Of a DNA stretch of 64,000 nt, positions 1-9,636 are shown piece by piece. Within the stretch, counting starts at the first letter, position 1, and the number at the start of each line of letters is the position of its first letter. A program made the position numbers and the translations under genes. Source of the DNA: Candidatus Babelota bacterium (GTDB taxonomy: Bacteria > Babelota > Babeliae > Babelales > Vermiphilaceae); assembly GCA_049325595.1 (NCBI GenBank), contig JBMOLF010000015.1:160001-224000 (forward strand). The letters run 5' to 3'. The notes below the pieces were generated by a model. It was not told the origin of the DNA and searched no databases. It saw only the letters and a list, made by a program, of their open reading frames with translations.

Positions 1-550
1 CAAAATTACGATCTGCAATCTTAGCTAAAATAATATCCATTTTATTTAACTTATGGAGAGTATTAAAAGCGAGTTCATCTGCTTCAAATTCCTTTTGATA
101 TTCTGATTTACTAAGCCATGAATGTTTTAAAATCAAGTGCGCAACTTCGTGATAGGCAACAAATTTTATTAAATCATCGTTTATTGTCGTATCTAACCAA
201 ATTCCAGTAGGTGTTTGTACTCCACATAAATTAGATTCATTTTTTTTAGCTGATTCACTTAATTCATGCACAGGCCATGTAGCAATATCTATTGGGTGAG
301 CTCCCATAGCAAGACCAGCTTCCTCGATAGTTTTTTGAATTTCTGCAGATGCGAGCCAAAAGCCATACTTCATTTGATTATTACCATAGTTTGATTCTAG
401 ACTTAAGCTTTCACCGAAAAAACACTTTAAATCATGGCTGTAATTAAATTTTAAATTATGTTTTCCCGGAGTTGGATTATCTGATAAATTTTCAGATGCT
501 CCCAGCCCAGTAATACATAAGAATGATAAAATAATGAATATCTTTTTCAT
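1..550 (-). CDS. Secreted zinc metalloprotease, M48-like (partial, runs off window start)
   Basis: Not in the ORF track; translated by hand: ATG at 550 with AGGAGG RBS at 558-563, MKKIFIILSFLCITGLGASEN... signal peptide, FVAYHEVAHLILKH (HExxH) and downstream QKEFEADELA (ExxAD). Confidence 0.75.
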   Translation of the reverse strand, partial: MKKIFIILSFLCITGLGASENLSDNPTPGKHNLKFNYSHDLKCFFGESLSLESNYGNNQMKYGFWLASAEIQKTIEEAGLAMGAHPIDIATWPVHELSESAKKNESNLCGVQTPTGIWLDTTINDDLIKFVAYHEVAHLILKHSWLSKSEYQKEFEADELAFNTLHKLNKMDIILAKIADRNF

Positions 551-653
551 CGTTAAACCTCCTATAAAATTTTTTTATTATTTCTAATTGTAACAATTAT
601 AGGAAATTAATCAATAAAAATAATTTATAAAATTGAATATTTAATCATAATTT

Positions 654-1610
654 CTAAATATTATTTGACTGTAAAAAATCATTTAATTTACGCTCTGGCG
701 CTGCTTCAATACGCTTCATGCGCTCAATGTCCCCCAGATATACTTCAGTAGTCGTTGGCGCAGTATGCCGCATAGCAAGCTGTACTTCATAAAGTGATGC
801 TCCAGCTTGCATGGCCATTACCCCAAAGGTGTGTCTCAAGCTATGGGCCGTAATGCGTGTGCTTACAATGCCAGCATCACGCAAGCGATTTTTTATAATG
901 CGGGAAAGAGAATGAATGGTAATGCGTCTGCCATAATTGCGGTCTGAAAGAGAACTAAATAATGGATCTTTGGTAGAAATTTTTTGCCGCGCTTTTAAAT
1001 AATCTCTAATGGGCTCATAGGCTTCGGGAGTTAATAATACAAAATCATCTTTACCATCGCGCGCCTTACCGCGAATCCATAACAAAACATCAGTTTCAAA
1101 ACTCATATCGGCAATATCAGCCCGCTTAATTTCAATTAAGCGCAGGCCAGTTCTTATGAGTAAATTAATAAGTGCGTAATCTCGTTTGCCAACAAGTGTT
1201 GTACGATCGATAGATGATAATAATATTCTAATTTGTCCTACGGTAAGCGCATTTTTTTGGTGGCTTTTAACTTGCTTTTTTGCGCCCTTTATACCGCGCG
1301 CAATGTTGGGATACATTTTAATGGTCTCGGTCCATTCAAAAAATTTTCTTACCACTACTAAATAAGCAGAGCGGGTAAATGGACGCAAGCCTTTAAGATC
1401 CAGGCTTTCTTTGTAGGCTAAAATAGTTTCTCGTGTGGGATTGGCATGAGTAGTTTGAGCAAACCAGATAAAAAATTGCTTGAGAGCATTGCGATAAGAA
1501 ATGCGTGATGTTTGTGTAATATCTTGCGCTGCGATAAACTGTTCGAGTAATGCTTCAAATTGTGAAAATGGTATTTGGCTTACTGCATTGTTATGCTCCA
1601 CTAACTCCAT
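654..1610 (-). CDS. Tyrosine recombinase (XerC/D or integrase family)
   Basis: Catalytic residues: RTGLRLIE, RGK, HSLRH, MRH, EVY; N-terminal SAM-like domain. Confidence 0.9.
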   Translation of the reverse strand: MELVEHNNAVSQIPFSQFEALLEQFIAAQDITQTSRISYRNALKQFFIWFAQTTHANPTRETILAYKESLDLKGLRPFTRSAYLVVVRKFFEWTETIKMYPNIARGIKGAKKQVKSHQKNALTVGQIRILLSSIDRTTLVGKRDYALINLLIRTGLRLIEIKRADIADMSFETDVLLWIRGKARDGKDDFVLLTPEAYEPIRDYLKARQKISTKDPLFSSLSDRNYGRRITIHSLSRIIKNRLRDAGIVSTRITAHSLRHTFGVMAMQAGASLYEVQLAMRHTAPTTTEVYLGDIERMKRIEAAPERKLNDFLQSNNI

Positions 1611-1640
1611 ACCATTGCTCTCCTTTACAAAAGGTACTTA

Positions 1641-2471
1641 ATGAAGAACAACTATTGCTTGTATATTATAGCTCTAATTCATGTTTTTTGTAATGTTTCA
1701 TTGCATGGCTGGCATGAAATTATTTCACCTTTAAGCAAAGTTCCAGGAAACTTATATACCCTAGAAATTATTGATAGCAAATCAGCATGGGCAGTTACCT
1801 TTTTGAATAATGATCTTGAGCGAAGCTTAGTAAAATATCATGATAATCAATGGCAATCGTTTGCTATTCCTGCCCAAGATCCACATTTGCTGGCGACAGG
1901 GGATGATGGCAGTTTATTTATTGTGGCAAGAGATGAAAATTATAAGTATGGATTATGGCAGCTTGTTGATAATATGTGGCGGCCCTTAGGAAATTTTGAC
2001 AGTACAAATGGCTATCCAACCAATCTTATTGCTATTAATAAAAATTGTGCACTAGTTGCCATTTGCCCATGTCGTGGCAGCACGCAAATACGATCAGCGC
2101 TCTATGCATGGGATAACAACAAGCTTATATATATTCCGAATGTACTTAATCATAATGCAATGAGTATTACTGACGAAGGAAAAATTGCGGCGGATTTTAC
2201 CATAACAAAACAGTTGTCCGATAATAATTCTCTTTTTAATAAAATCTTATTTCACCATAATATGCCTACTCATACTATAACCATTGTCGTAAAAAATAAT
2301 TCTCAAATATGGGCTTATGCTGGTAATACGGATACAAAACTCTATTGCTGGAATGAAAAAAGACAGACTTGGGAAATTTTCACTAAAAATTGTGATGCGC
2401 TAATGAAGGGGAGTAGGGATAAAAAAATATATTACATAGACAAACAAAATAAACTATTTTGTTATAATTAA
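1641..2471 (+). CDS. Secreted hypothetical protein, probable beta-propeller
   Basis: Signal peptide; repeated short beta units with W (YHDNQWQ, LVDNMWR, WNEKRQTWE). Confidence 0.55.
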   Translation: MKNNYCLYIIALIHVFCNVSLHGWHEIISPLSKVPGNLYTLEIIDSKSAWAVTFLNNDLERSLVKYHDNQWQSFAIPAQDPHLLATGDDGSLFIVARDENYKYGLWQLVDNMWRPLGNFDSTNGYPTNLIAINKNCALVAICPCRGSTQIRSALYAWDNNKLIYIPNVLNHNAMSITDEGKIAADFTITKQLSDNNSLFNKILFHHNMPTHTITIVVKNNSQIWAYAGNTDTKLYCWNEKRQTWEIFTKNCDALMKGSRDKKIYYIDKQNKLFCYN

Positions 2472-2574
2472 TAACAAACCTATATCACCCCAGAAAAAGC
2501 AAACTGTTTTTCTTGCAGATCACAATGGTGTAGTATGTATGCGGTGCTTTTTATAATTAGCGATAAAGGAAAAA

Positions 2575-3522
2575 ATGATTACTGTTTTATTACTCTACAT
2601 GTTTATGGCAAGCACCTTTACGTTTGGTAAAGCTGCTTTGTATTATTTACAGCCATTTTTCTTTATTGCATTGCGCATGATTGGTGGTGGAGTTTTGTTG
2701 CTTGGTTATCAATATTTTTTTAATCGTAAACATATCAGGATTGAGCGAAAAGATTGGTTTTTGTTTGCTCAGATTATCGCATTTCATATTTACATTGGCT
2801 ACATATTTGAATATTGGGGTATGCAATATGTTAGTTCTTCAAAAACCTGTTTGTTATATAACTTATCTCCATTTATAACTGCGCTTATTGTCTATCTACT
2901 TTTTAATGAGCGTTTATCTATACAAAAATGGATTGGCCTAAGTGTAGGATTTGTGGGCATGCTACCAATTCTGTATACCCAAGAAAGTGCTGAAGCGCTT
3001 ACGCAACATATTGGCATATTTTCTTTGCCTGAAGTTTCCATTTTGCTTTCTGTTGCCTCAACCGCTTATGGTTGGATTGTAATGCATCAATTAGTCAAAA
3101 AACATTATTCACCGATATTAATTAATGGTATTGGCATGCTATTTGGTGGTATTTTTGCACTTATTACTTCAGCCTACATTGAAGGATGGCCACCAAAATT
3201 ATATACACCAGTTCAAGAATCTGGTTTTTTAATTAAAATGCTTGGTGGTTGCTTAGGCTCAACCTTTTTTGTTTCTCTTGCTATGGCTCTTTACTATACA
3301 TTATTGCTTATTATCATTGGTAATGTAATTTGCTATAACCTCTATGGCAACTTGCTTAAAAAATATTCTGCCACATTCTTGTCGTTTGCTGGATTTACTA
3401 CACCACTTTTTGCTGCGCTTTTTGGTTGGCTCTTTTTTGGTGAGGTAATACCATGGCAATTTTATGTATCGGTAATTGCCGTGTTTTTTGGATTATGGAT
3501 ATTTTATCGACAAGAGTTGTAG
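2575..3522 (+). CDS. EamA/DMT family transporter
   Basis: About 10 TM segments, two EamA repeats (LSPFITALIVYLLFNERL, TPLFAALFGWLFFGE). Confidence 0.9.
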   Translation: MITVLLLYMFMASTFTFGKAALYYLQPFFFIALRMIGGGVLLLGYQYFFNRKHIRIERKDWFLFAQIIAFHIYIGYIFEYWGMQYVSSSKTCLLYNLSPFITALIVYLLFNERLSIQKWIGLSVGFVGMLPILYTQESAEALTQHIGIFSLPEVSILLSVASTAYGWIVMHQLVKKHYSPILINGIGMLFGGIFALITSAYIEGWPPKLYTPVQESGFLIKMLGGCLGSTFFVSLAMALYYTLLLIIIGNVICYNLYGNLLKKYSATFLSFAGFTTPLFAALFGWLFFGEVIPWQFYVSVIAVFFGLWIFYRQEL

Positions 3523-3547
3523 TTTGTTTTCTACAACTCTCTTTTTT
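3513..3547. terminator. Intrinsic terminator between convergent genes
   Basis: AGAGTTGTAG / CTACAACTCT 10-bp inverted repeat followed by a T tract. Confidence 0.65.
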
Positions 3548-3551
3548 ATTA

Positions 3552-3869
3552 CTAAGAATTAAGAGTAAATCGTTTTACAATTCTTCCATTATATTCAATG
3601 TCTTCGGTAAATAATGATACTGGACGTACCCAGATAAGTTCGGGGTTAGATTCAAGCTGATAAACTACAACTTCTTCTAACGTAGCTTCAATGTGTGCTA
3701 TTGCAATAATTTTATAGCGATCACCTTTGTAATGGGTATAAATAGTATTAGGTTGAATAGTAAGTGCTTGAGTTGAGTAGGGTTGTAAACTCATTTTGTT
3801 TTCCTTTGCAATTGAAAAATTAGCTAAGCATATTAACGCCAATAATATAGTTGTTTTATTTATTATCAT
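3552..3869 (-). CDS. DUF1653 family protein with signal-like N-terminus
   Basis: YTHYKGDRYKIIAIAH...EEVVVYQ...WVRPVSLF...KRF signature. Confidence 0.8.
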   Translation of the reverse strand: MIINKTTILLALICLANFSIAKENKMSLQPYSTQALTIQPNTIYTHYKGDRYKIIAIAHIEATLEEVVVYQLESNPELIWVRPVSLFTEDIEYNGRIVKRFTLNS

Positions 3870-4059
3870 TTTTTTCTTTTTCTAATGAACCCATTGCTGT
3901 TAAAAATTCACTTAATCGTTGGGAGTAACTAGATTGTTGTAATGTTAGCTTATGGTATGGGTTTTCGCTTTGTCTGACTTTATCTTTTAGAACCTTTTTT
4001 AGAACAATATTTTCATCATTTGAAAATTGTATCTTTTCACTGGTATAGGCAGTTGTCAC
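3856..4059 (-). CDS. Small hypothetical protein
   Basis: ORF overlapping the start of the DUF1653 gene; no recognisable motif. Confidence 0.35.
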   Translation of the reverse strand: MTTAYTSEKIQFSNDENIVLKKVLKDKVRQSENPYHKLTLQQSSYSQRLSEFLTAMGSLEKEKNDNK

Positions 4060-4184
4060 AAAACATATCCATATAAAAAGTAGGTATTTTTTATTGTTTT
4101 GTGTTTCATATCTGAACTCTTTATTTTTGTAAAAACGTGATAAGATGAATCATCTATATAATAATCTTTTATAAAGTTTAATCT

Positions 4185-4685
4185 ATGCCATCATCAGTTC
4201 ATGCACAAGTAAAAATAAATTCACCCATCGGTGACATATATCTTATTGCTTCTGATAAAGGTTTATCGGGAGTTTACCATTCAGTACAACCTATACCTAT
4301 GCTAGATAGTTCTGATTCTTTATTGAACAAACAACGTGTTATTTTAGCGCACGCCTCGCGTGAGCTTACTGAATATTTTGAAAATAAAAGAACAACATTC
4401 ACAGTCCCATTAGATATTCAAGGCACACCATTTCAACAAAAAGTATGGCAATCATTGCTTGAAATACCATATGGAAAAACAATTTCATACAAACAACTTG
4501 CCGCAATGGTTGGCAATCCAAAAGCATCCCGCGCTGTTGGGTCAGCTAATGGAAAAAATCCCTTATGGATTATTATTCCCTGCCATCGAGTGATTGCTGC
4601 TAACGGCACATTAGGTGGTTATGCAGGCGGATTAGCTGCCAAAAAGCACTTATTAGATCTTGAACAAAAAGTTACTCATAGCTAG
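4185..4685 (+). CDS. ogt: Methylated-DNA--protein-cysteine methyltransferase
   Basis: GTPFQQKVW, IPYGKTISY, RAVGSANGKNP, active site IPCHRV. Confidence 0.95.
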   Translation: MPSSVHAQVKINSPIGDIYLIASDKGLSGVYHSVQPIPMLDSSDSLLNKQRVILAHASRELTEYFENKRTTFTVPLDIQGTPFQQKVWQSLLEIPYGKTISYKQLAAMVGNPKASRAVGSANGKNPLWIIIPCHRVIAANGTLGGYAGGLAAKKHLLDLEQKVTHS

Positions 4686-5124
4686 AATTGCTTTTTGTTT
4701 TTTCTAGAGTGCCCGGTTTATGTTGTGATGGTGCATAAATGGTAAATAATTTAAGTGGACTTTTGCCGGTATTTATAAAATTATGTTGAGTGCCAGCTGG
4801 TACGAATACTAAATGGCCTGGTTTGATTTCTGACTCAATGCTGTTAAGAACGGCTTTGCCAGTTCCCTCAACAAATATAAGTGTTTGGTCAACTTTGTGC
4901 GTTTCAAGTCCAATATCTTCATTCACCGGCACACTCATTAACACTATTTGACTATGAGGCCCGGTTACTACCTCTTGACGGAAATTTGTGTTTTTTTTAG
5001 CTAATTCAACAATATTTTGATTATATGTTTTCATAGGCGCCTTTTTCATTGAAAAGTTAATGCCGTAAATGGGTAATAACCATATATTTGATAGTATTCC
5101 TATTAAAACTATTGTTATTCGCAT
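4672..5124 (-). CDS. Cupin domain protein
   Basis: IGLETH...DQTLIFVEGTG...VPAGTQHNFINTG...LFTIYAPSQH; start placed at ATG 5124 after GGAG. Confidence 0.85.
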   Translation of the reverse strand: MRITIVLIGILSNIWLLPIYGINFSMKKAPMKTYNQNIVELAKKNTNFRQEVVTGPHSQIVLMSVPVNEDIGLETHKVDQTLIFVEGTGKAVLNSIESEIKPGHLVFVPAGTQHNFINTGKSPLKLFTIYAPSQHKPGTLEKTKSNSSYE

Positions 5125-5205
5125 AGTAACTCCTTTTATAATTATTTTAATTGTGCGATACACAACAGGTTAACCGCAACTGTTTAAAAAAAAGGGATTG
5201 CTTCT

Positions 5206-5526
5206 ATGCTTACTAAAAGAAACATTTGGATTATGGTTTTGCTTATCTTGGTTACCGGAGGCCTTTATTTAGCCTATTGGTTTGTGGTAACTAAATGGGA
5301 ACTTAATGCTATGGGCGCACAATTGCCCACCGCATTCTTGTTTTTTATACCTTTTGCTAATATCTATTTTATCTATAAATTTTCACAGGCATTTGCACAA
5401 AAAGTTTTAAAGAATGAATCAGAGGCTCTAACGTACTTTTTGTTACTATTCTTATTAATGCCTATTGGTGTTCTTATTGCACAATCTAAAATTAATAATT
5501 TTAAACAGGGATTATCTTCAAAATAG
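5206..5526 (+). CDS. DUF4234-like membrane protein
   Basis: LLILVTGGLYLAYW...ELN...QSKIN pattern, 3 TM segments. Confidence 0.7.
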   Translation: MLTKRNIWIMVLLILVTGGLYLAYWFVVTKWELNAMGAQLPTAFLFFIPFANIYFIYKFSQAFAQKVLKNESEALTYFLLLFLLMPIGVLIAQSKINNFKQGLSSK

Positions 5527-5586
5527 TTCTGACAATTTTCATGGAAATGATTACTTCATGTGCTTGGACATTTGAGTAAGATTAAA

Positions 5587-5626
5587 AATTTAAAGACCCC
5601 TCTTTTAACTGAGGGGTCTTTAAATT
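5587..5626. terminator. Bidirectional intrinsic terminator
   Basis: Perfect 16-bp inverted repeat AATTTAAAGACCCCTC / GAGGGGTCTTTAAATT between convergent genes. Confidence 0.8.
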
Positions 5627-5653
5627 ACATAATTGGATAAAAAGGTAATTCTT

Positions 5654-5905
5654 TTAGAGCTCGAGGCCCAATACCTTTTTTTTTGCAACTTTACGTTTAG
5701 CACCAGTACGTTTGGTTGCAGCACGTTTTGTAGTTTTACGTGCGCCACCGCGGCGTGCAGCTGTTTTTTTACGTGCAGTTGTCTTTTTAGCTGCAGTTTT
5801 TTTTGCTGCCCCTTTTTTAGCGGTGCTTTTTTTAGCAACTTTACGTTTAGTCGTTGCTTTTTTAGCTACAGTTTTTTTTGCAGTAGCTCTTTTTTTGGTT
5901 GCCAT
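5654..5905 (-). CDS. Histone H1-like nucleoid protein (Hc1/Hc2-like)
   Basis: 83 aa, almost only K/A/T/R, xxAKK pentapeptide repeats, KRKVAKK twice; strong RBS AAGGAGAG. Confidence 0.85.
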   Translation of the reverse strand: MATKKRATAKKTVAKKATTKRKVAKKSTAKKGAAKKTAAKKTTARKKTAARRGGARKTTKRAATKRTGAKRKVAKKKVLGLEL

Positions 5906-6026
5906 TGTACTCTCCTTTTTTAATGGTTACAACCATCTATCATTTACAATTACAATTGTACAAAATTTAAATTTTAAAAATCAATAACTGAAGAAACAAT
6001 TTTTATTTCAACCGTTAAAAAAACTA

Positions 6027-6497
6027 TTAGTTTTGAGCATCTTGTACTTGCGTGATTTCGTTAGATTTATCCGATCTAAAGGAATTTTCTGCAATAATTT
6101 GACTATCAAGATTTTTACAATAACGGGTATTTAAAAATGAACCATAATTAATTAAAAACGCTTCATGACTATGAGGAATATTTTCTTTTTTTAAGTATGC
6201 ATGTGCCGTTGCTTTAACTAACAATCCGGTAATTATTAATTTTACCAAAGGATTACCTACTGATGGCGTATGGCTTGCAAGTAATCTAGATGGTATTTTT
6301 ATCGCAAAATTAGTTGCTGCAACGGTTAAAAATGGATGATTATATACAAGCCGTGCAACATCTTCGGCATTAAGTTTTCGTGCTTCATCCTGTGCTGATT
6401 GTAAGAGTTTTCTTACATGTTCTTGTAAGTTTACTTCTTGCGCATTAATAGTAATAGCACTTACTAAAATAGTTAATACAAAACGTGTGGATAACAT
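6027..6497 (-). CDS. Secreted hypothetical protein
   Basis: AAGGAG RBS; signal peptide ending INA|QEV. Confidence 0.6.
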   Translation of the reverse strand: MLSTRFVLTILVSAITINAQEVNLQEHVRKLLQSAQDEARKLNAEDVARLVYNHPFLTVAATNFAIKIPSRLLASHTPSVGNPLVKLIITGLLVKATAHAYLKKENIPHSHEAFLINYGSFLNTRYCKNLDSQIIAENSFRSDKSNEITQVQDAQN

Positions 6498-6581
6498 CTT
6501 TGCTCCTTGATTAACCGGTTGTTTGAATTAAAATGCTATTAGTATAGCAAATTAATACGCTTTGCTAATACTTATGCCAAT

Positions 6582-7967
6582 TTAACTTCTCTTTGTATGT
6601 TTTTTTACGGTTTCTATAAAATAGGCGGTGCCATCTTTTATATGCCTATTTTTATTGATTGGATCAACTGAGTAAAGACCATAACGTTTTTGTGATCCCC
6701 ATTCGTAGGAATCAAGCAATGTCCATACAAAATAACCGTGCACGGGAAACTCTTGGGTTGCAACTGATAAAGCATATAAATATCGTTTAAAAAATAAATC
6801 GCGATGCAATTCGTTATCAGTACTAATGCCATTTTCTGTTATGTAAATAGGAATTTTTAATGGTCCTGCCAATGAATGGTATACATCTTTTATAGCTCGA
6901 TATAATCCTTCAGGGTAAATAGAATATAGAGGATTTTGTGTTGGTAGTTCATCTTCAAACGCTGCCACTTTAAAGTTTTTAGATTGGCCATGCGAATAGT
7001 AATTAATACCAATAAAATCAAGCGACCGAGATGCTTCATGATTGCTATGCTTCACTTTAGCAAGCAAAGGAACCTCAACATCAAAATGTCCGGTTCTAAA
7101 AAAATGATATACATTGGTTTCTAATAACGCTTGTGCTGCTTTGGTAGCAATAATATCCCACAGATAACCTGCGTCTATTTGGTAAATACATTGCACTAAA
7201 CCTATTTTAATTTCTTTATTGGCAGTTCGCGCTTTGAGTGCTTTGTACACCCGTACATGTGCTTCAAGCATGGTGCATATTACTGTTTGCATACGTTGGC
7301 CATCTTTTAGTCCTGGTGGCGCCATAGCCTTAAAATATGCTCTTCCTCCATAACTGGTGGGGGAATTTATGGTAATCCACATAGTACAATACGGATGTAA
7401 TCGATCAAAAACAACGCAACAAAAATTTATAAAGTCTGCTATATTTTCTTTTCGTTCAAAGCCACCTTTTGATAAAAACCATAACGGACTTGCAAAATGA
7501 TGAAGCGTTATTACAGGCTTAATGCCGGCTGCACATAGTTCTATACACAACCGCTCATAATGATCAAGAATTGTCTGATCATATACCCCTTGCTCAGGTT
7601 CAATCATGCACCAATCTACGGAAAATCGGTAAGCGTTAATTCCCAGCCTCTGCATTAACACAACATCTTCTTTATAGCGATTCCAATGATCACATGCGTT
7701 TTCTGTCTTTAATGAAACTTTTCCTAATTGTTCCCATCGGCACCAATCACTTTTGGTACAAATTCCTTCAATTTGATGAGCTGAGGTTGAAACACCCCAT
7801 AAAAAATTTTCAGGGAATTTAAGCTGGGTGGTATTAATTTTATGCCAATCCCAGTAGAGGGGATTTTTTTGTATAACCGGCATTTTTTTGTGCCAACTAT
7901 ATAAAACATCTGGCTTTAATAAAATTGTTATTAAGATAATATTTTTAAATAATCTAATCATGAACAA
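6582..7967 (-). CDS. Glycoside hydrolase family 1 (acid/base Glu replaced by Ser), with signal peptide
   Basis: FPENFLWGVSTSAHQIEG, YRFSVDW, TLHHF, TINSP (canonical TxNEP), YITENG nucleophile. Confidence 0.9.
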   Translation of the reverse strand: MFMIRLFKNIILITILLKPDVLYSWHKKMPVIQKNPLYWDWHKINTTQLKFPENFLWGVSTSAHQIEGICTKSDWCRWEQLGKVSLKTENACDHWNRYKEDVVLMQRLGINAYRFSVDWCMIEPEQGVYDQTILDHYERLCIELCAAGIKPVITLHHFASPLWFLSKGGFERKENIADFINFCCVVFDRLHPYCTMWITINSPTSYGGRAYFKAMAPPGLKDGQRMQTVICTMLEAHVRVYKALKARTANKEIKIGLVQCIYQIDAGYLWDIIATKAAQALLETNVYHFFRTGHFDVEVPLLAKVKHSNHEASRSLDFIGINYYSHGQSKNFKVAAFEDELPTQNPLYSIYPEGLYRAIKDVYHSLAGPLKIPIYITENGISTDNELHRDLFFKRYLYALSVATQEFPVHGYFVWTLLDSYEWGSQKRYGLYSVDPINKNRHIKDGTAYFIETVKKHTKRS

Positions 7968-8110
7968 TACCCTAAATTTTTAGCGCATGATGTAGCAAGT
8001 TTATTTTTTTTAGCCCTAAAAATACAAGATACCATCACTTTGCTGTACAAGAATGGTTGTCTCTAGTACTCTTTACACAAGAACATATAGCTATTTATCA
8101 AGAGAATAAT

Positions 8111-9535
8111 ATGAGTAATAAACTGCCTGATATTAATACACAATTTCCTGATTGGTACCAAGAAGTTATTCAACAAGCTGAATTAGCTGATCATGCTCCG
8201 GTTCGTGGTTGCATGGTAGTGCGTCCTTATGGTTGGGCAATATGGGAACATATTAAAAATACACTTGATGATCGCATTAAAAAAACCGGCCATCATAATG
8301 CTGCATTTCCTTTATTAATCCCAGAATCTTTTTTTAAAAAAGAAGCAGAACATGTAGAGGGTTTTGCCCCAGAATTGGCAGTAGTTACTCATGCTGGTGG
8401 TAAAGAACTTGAAGAACCATTAGTAGTTCGACCTACTTCTGAAACAATAATCCATTACATGTTTGCTCAATGGATAAAATCATGGCGTGACTTACCTCTT
8501 AAAATAAATCAGTGGGCTAATGTTATTCGCTGGGAAAAAAGATCGCGCCCGTTTTTACGCACTACTGAATTTTTCTGGCAAGAAGGCCATACTGCTCATG
8601 AAACCTATCAAGAAGCTCTTGAAGAAGCCGAGCTCATGCTGCAAGAATACGTAAACCTTTGTCACAACGTTCTTGCTATTCCTGTTATTGCTGGGATTAA
8701 ATCAAAAAAAGAAAAATTCCCTGGGGCTGAAAAAACGATGACCTTCGAGGGCATTATGCCTGATGGCAAAGCGTTGCAAATGGGTACCTCACACTTATTA
8801 AGCCAAAGTTTTGCTCATTCATTTAACATGCAATTTCAAGATCGCAATGGTCAACTTGCAATGCCTTATCTTACTAGCTGGGGAAGCACTACTCGTTTAG
8901 TAGGTGCAGTAATTATGGTGCATGGAGATCAAAAAGGTCTTATTTTACCGCCAAAAATTGCACCTATCCAAATAGTTATTATTCCAATTTTTAAAGCTGG
9001 ACAAGAAAAAGATGCTATTTTAACAAAAGTCTATGAAATTAAAGACCAGCTAGCAGCTCAACACATTCGCGTTGAAATTGATGATAATGAACATAAAACA
9101 CCTGGTGCAAAGTTTTATCATTGGGAATTAAAAGGTGTTCCTTTCCGCCTTGAAATTGGACCGCGTGATTTAGCGCAAAATAATGTGGTTATTGTTAACC
9201 GTCTCACTGGTTATAAATCAGTTATGGCAATTTCAGAGTTAGCAACGAAATTACCAATTATGCTTGATGAGTTTCAAGCCGATTTGTTTGCTCGAGCCCA
9301 TGAAAGACAAAATGCCGTAACACACACCGGTGAAAAACTTATTAATTTTGGACCAATTATGTCAGAGCACAATGGTGTGTATAAAACCGGTTGGTGTCAA
9401 AGAGATGAATGCGAAGAAGCATTACGTGAATACAAAGCAACAACCCGTTGTTTATTACCAACTAAAGAATTTGCTGAATGTTTTAATTGTGCACGTCAAA
9501 GTCTTGGCGATGTTTTAGTAGCAAAAGCATATTGA
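8111..9535 (+). CDS. proS: Prolyl-tRNA synthetase (archaeal/eukaryal-like type)
   Basis: RPTSETII, QWANVIRWE, FLRTTEFFWQEGHT, C-terminal Cys cluster ending AKAY; start placed at ATG 8111. Confidence 0.97.
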   Translation: MSNKLPDINTQFPDWYQEVIQQAELADHAPVRGCMVVRPYGWAIWEHIKNTLDDRIKKTGHHNAAFPLLIPESFFKKEAEHVEGFAPELAVVTHAGGKELEEPLVVRPTSETIIHYMFAQWIKSWRDLPLKINQWANVIRWEKRSRPFLRTTEFFWQEGHTAHETYQEALEEAELMLQEYVNLCHNVLAIPVIAGIKSKKEKFPGAEKTMTFEGIMPDGKALQMGTSHLLSQSFAHSFNMQFQDRNGQLAMPYLTSWGSTTRLVGAVIMVHGDQKGLILPPKIAPIQIVIIPIFKAGQEKDAILTKVYEIKDQLAAQHIRVEIDDNEHKTPGAKFYHWELKGVPFRLEIGPRDLAQNNVVIVNRLTGYKSVMAISELATKLPIMLDEFQADLFARAHERQNAVTHTGEKLINFGPIMSEHNGVYKTGWCQRDECEEALREYKATTRCLLPTKEFAECFNCARQSLGDVLVAKAY

Positions 9536-9636
9536 TTGTTGCAATCTCTGAGTAATAGCGTTATAAGCATATACGTTATATTTACATACATAATGAGGAC
9601 GGCGCTTGCTGTCCTATTAAAAATCGAAATAAAACT

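Noticed and set aside
5620..5987. Overlapping ORFs 5620-5838, 5633-5923 and 5712-5987
   Set aside because: Shadow frames of the repetitive histone-like gene, which alone has a strong RBS
6486..6494. Perfect DnaA box TTATCCACA (minus strand)
   Set aside because: Single copy inside the first codons of a CDS; no cluster
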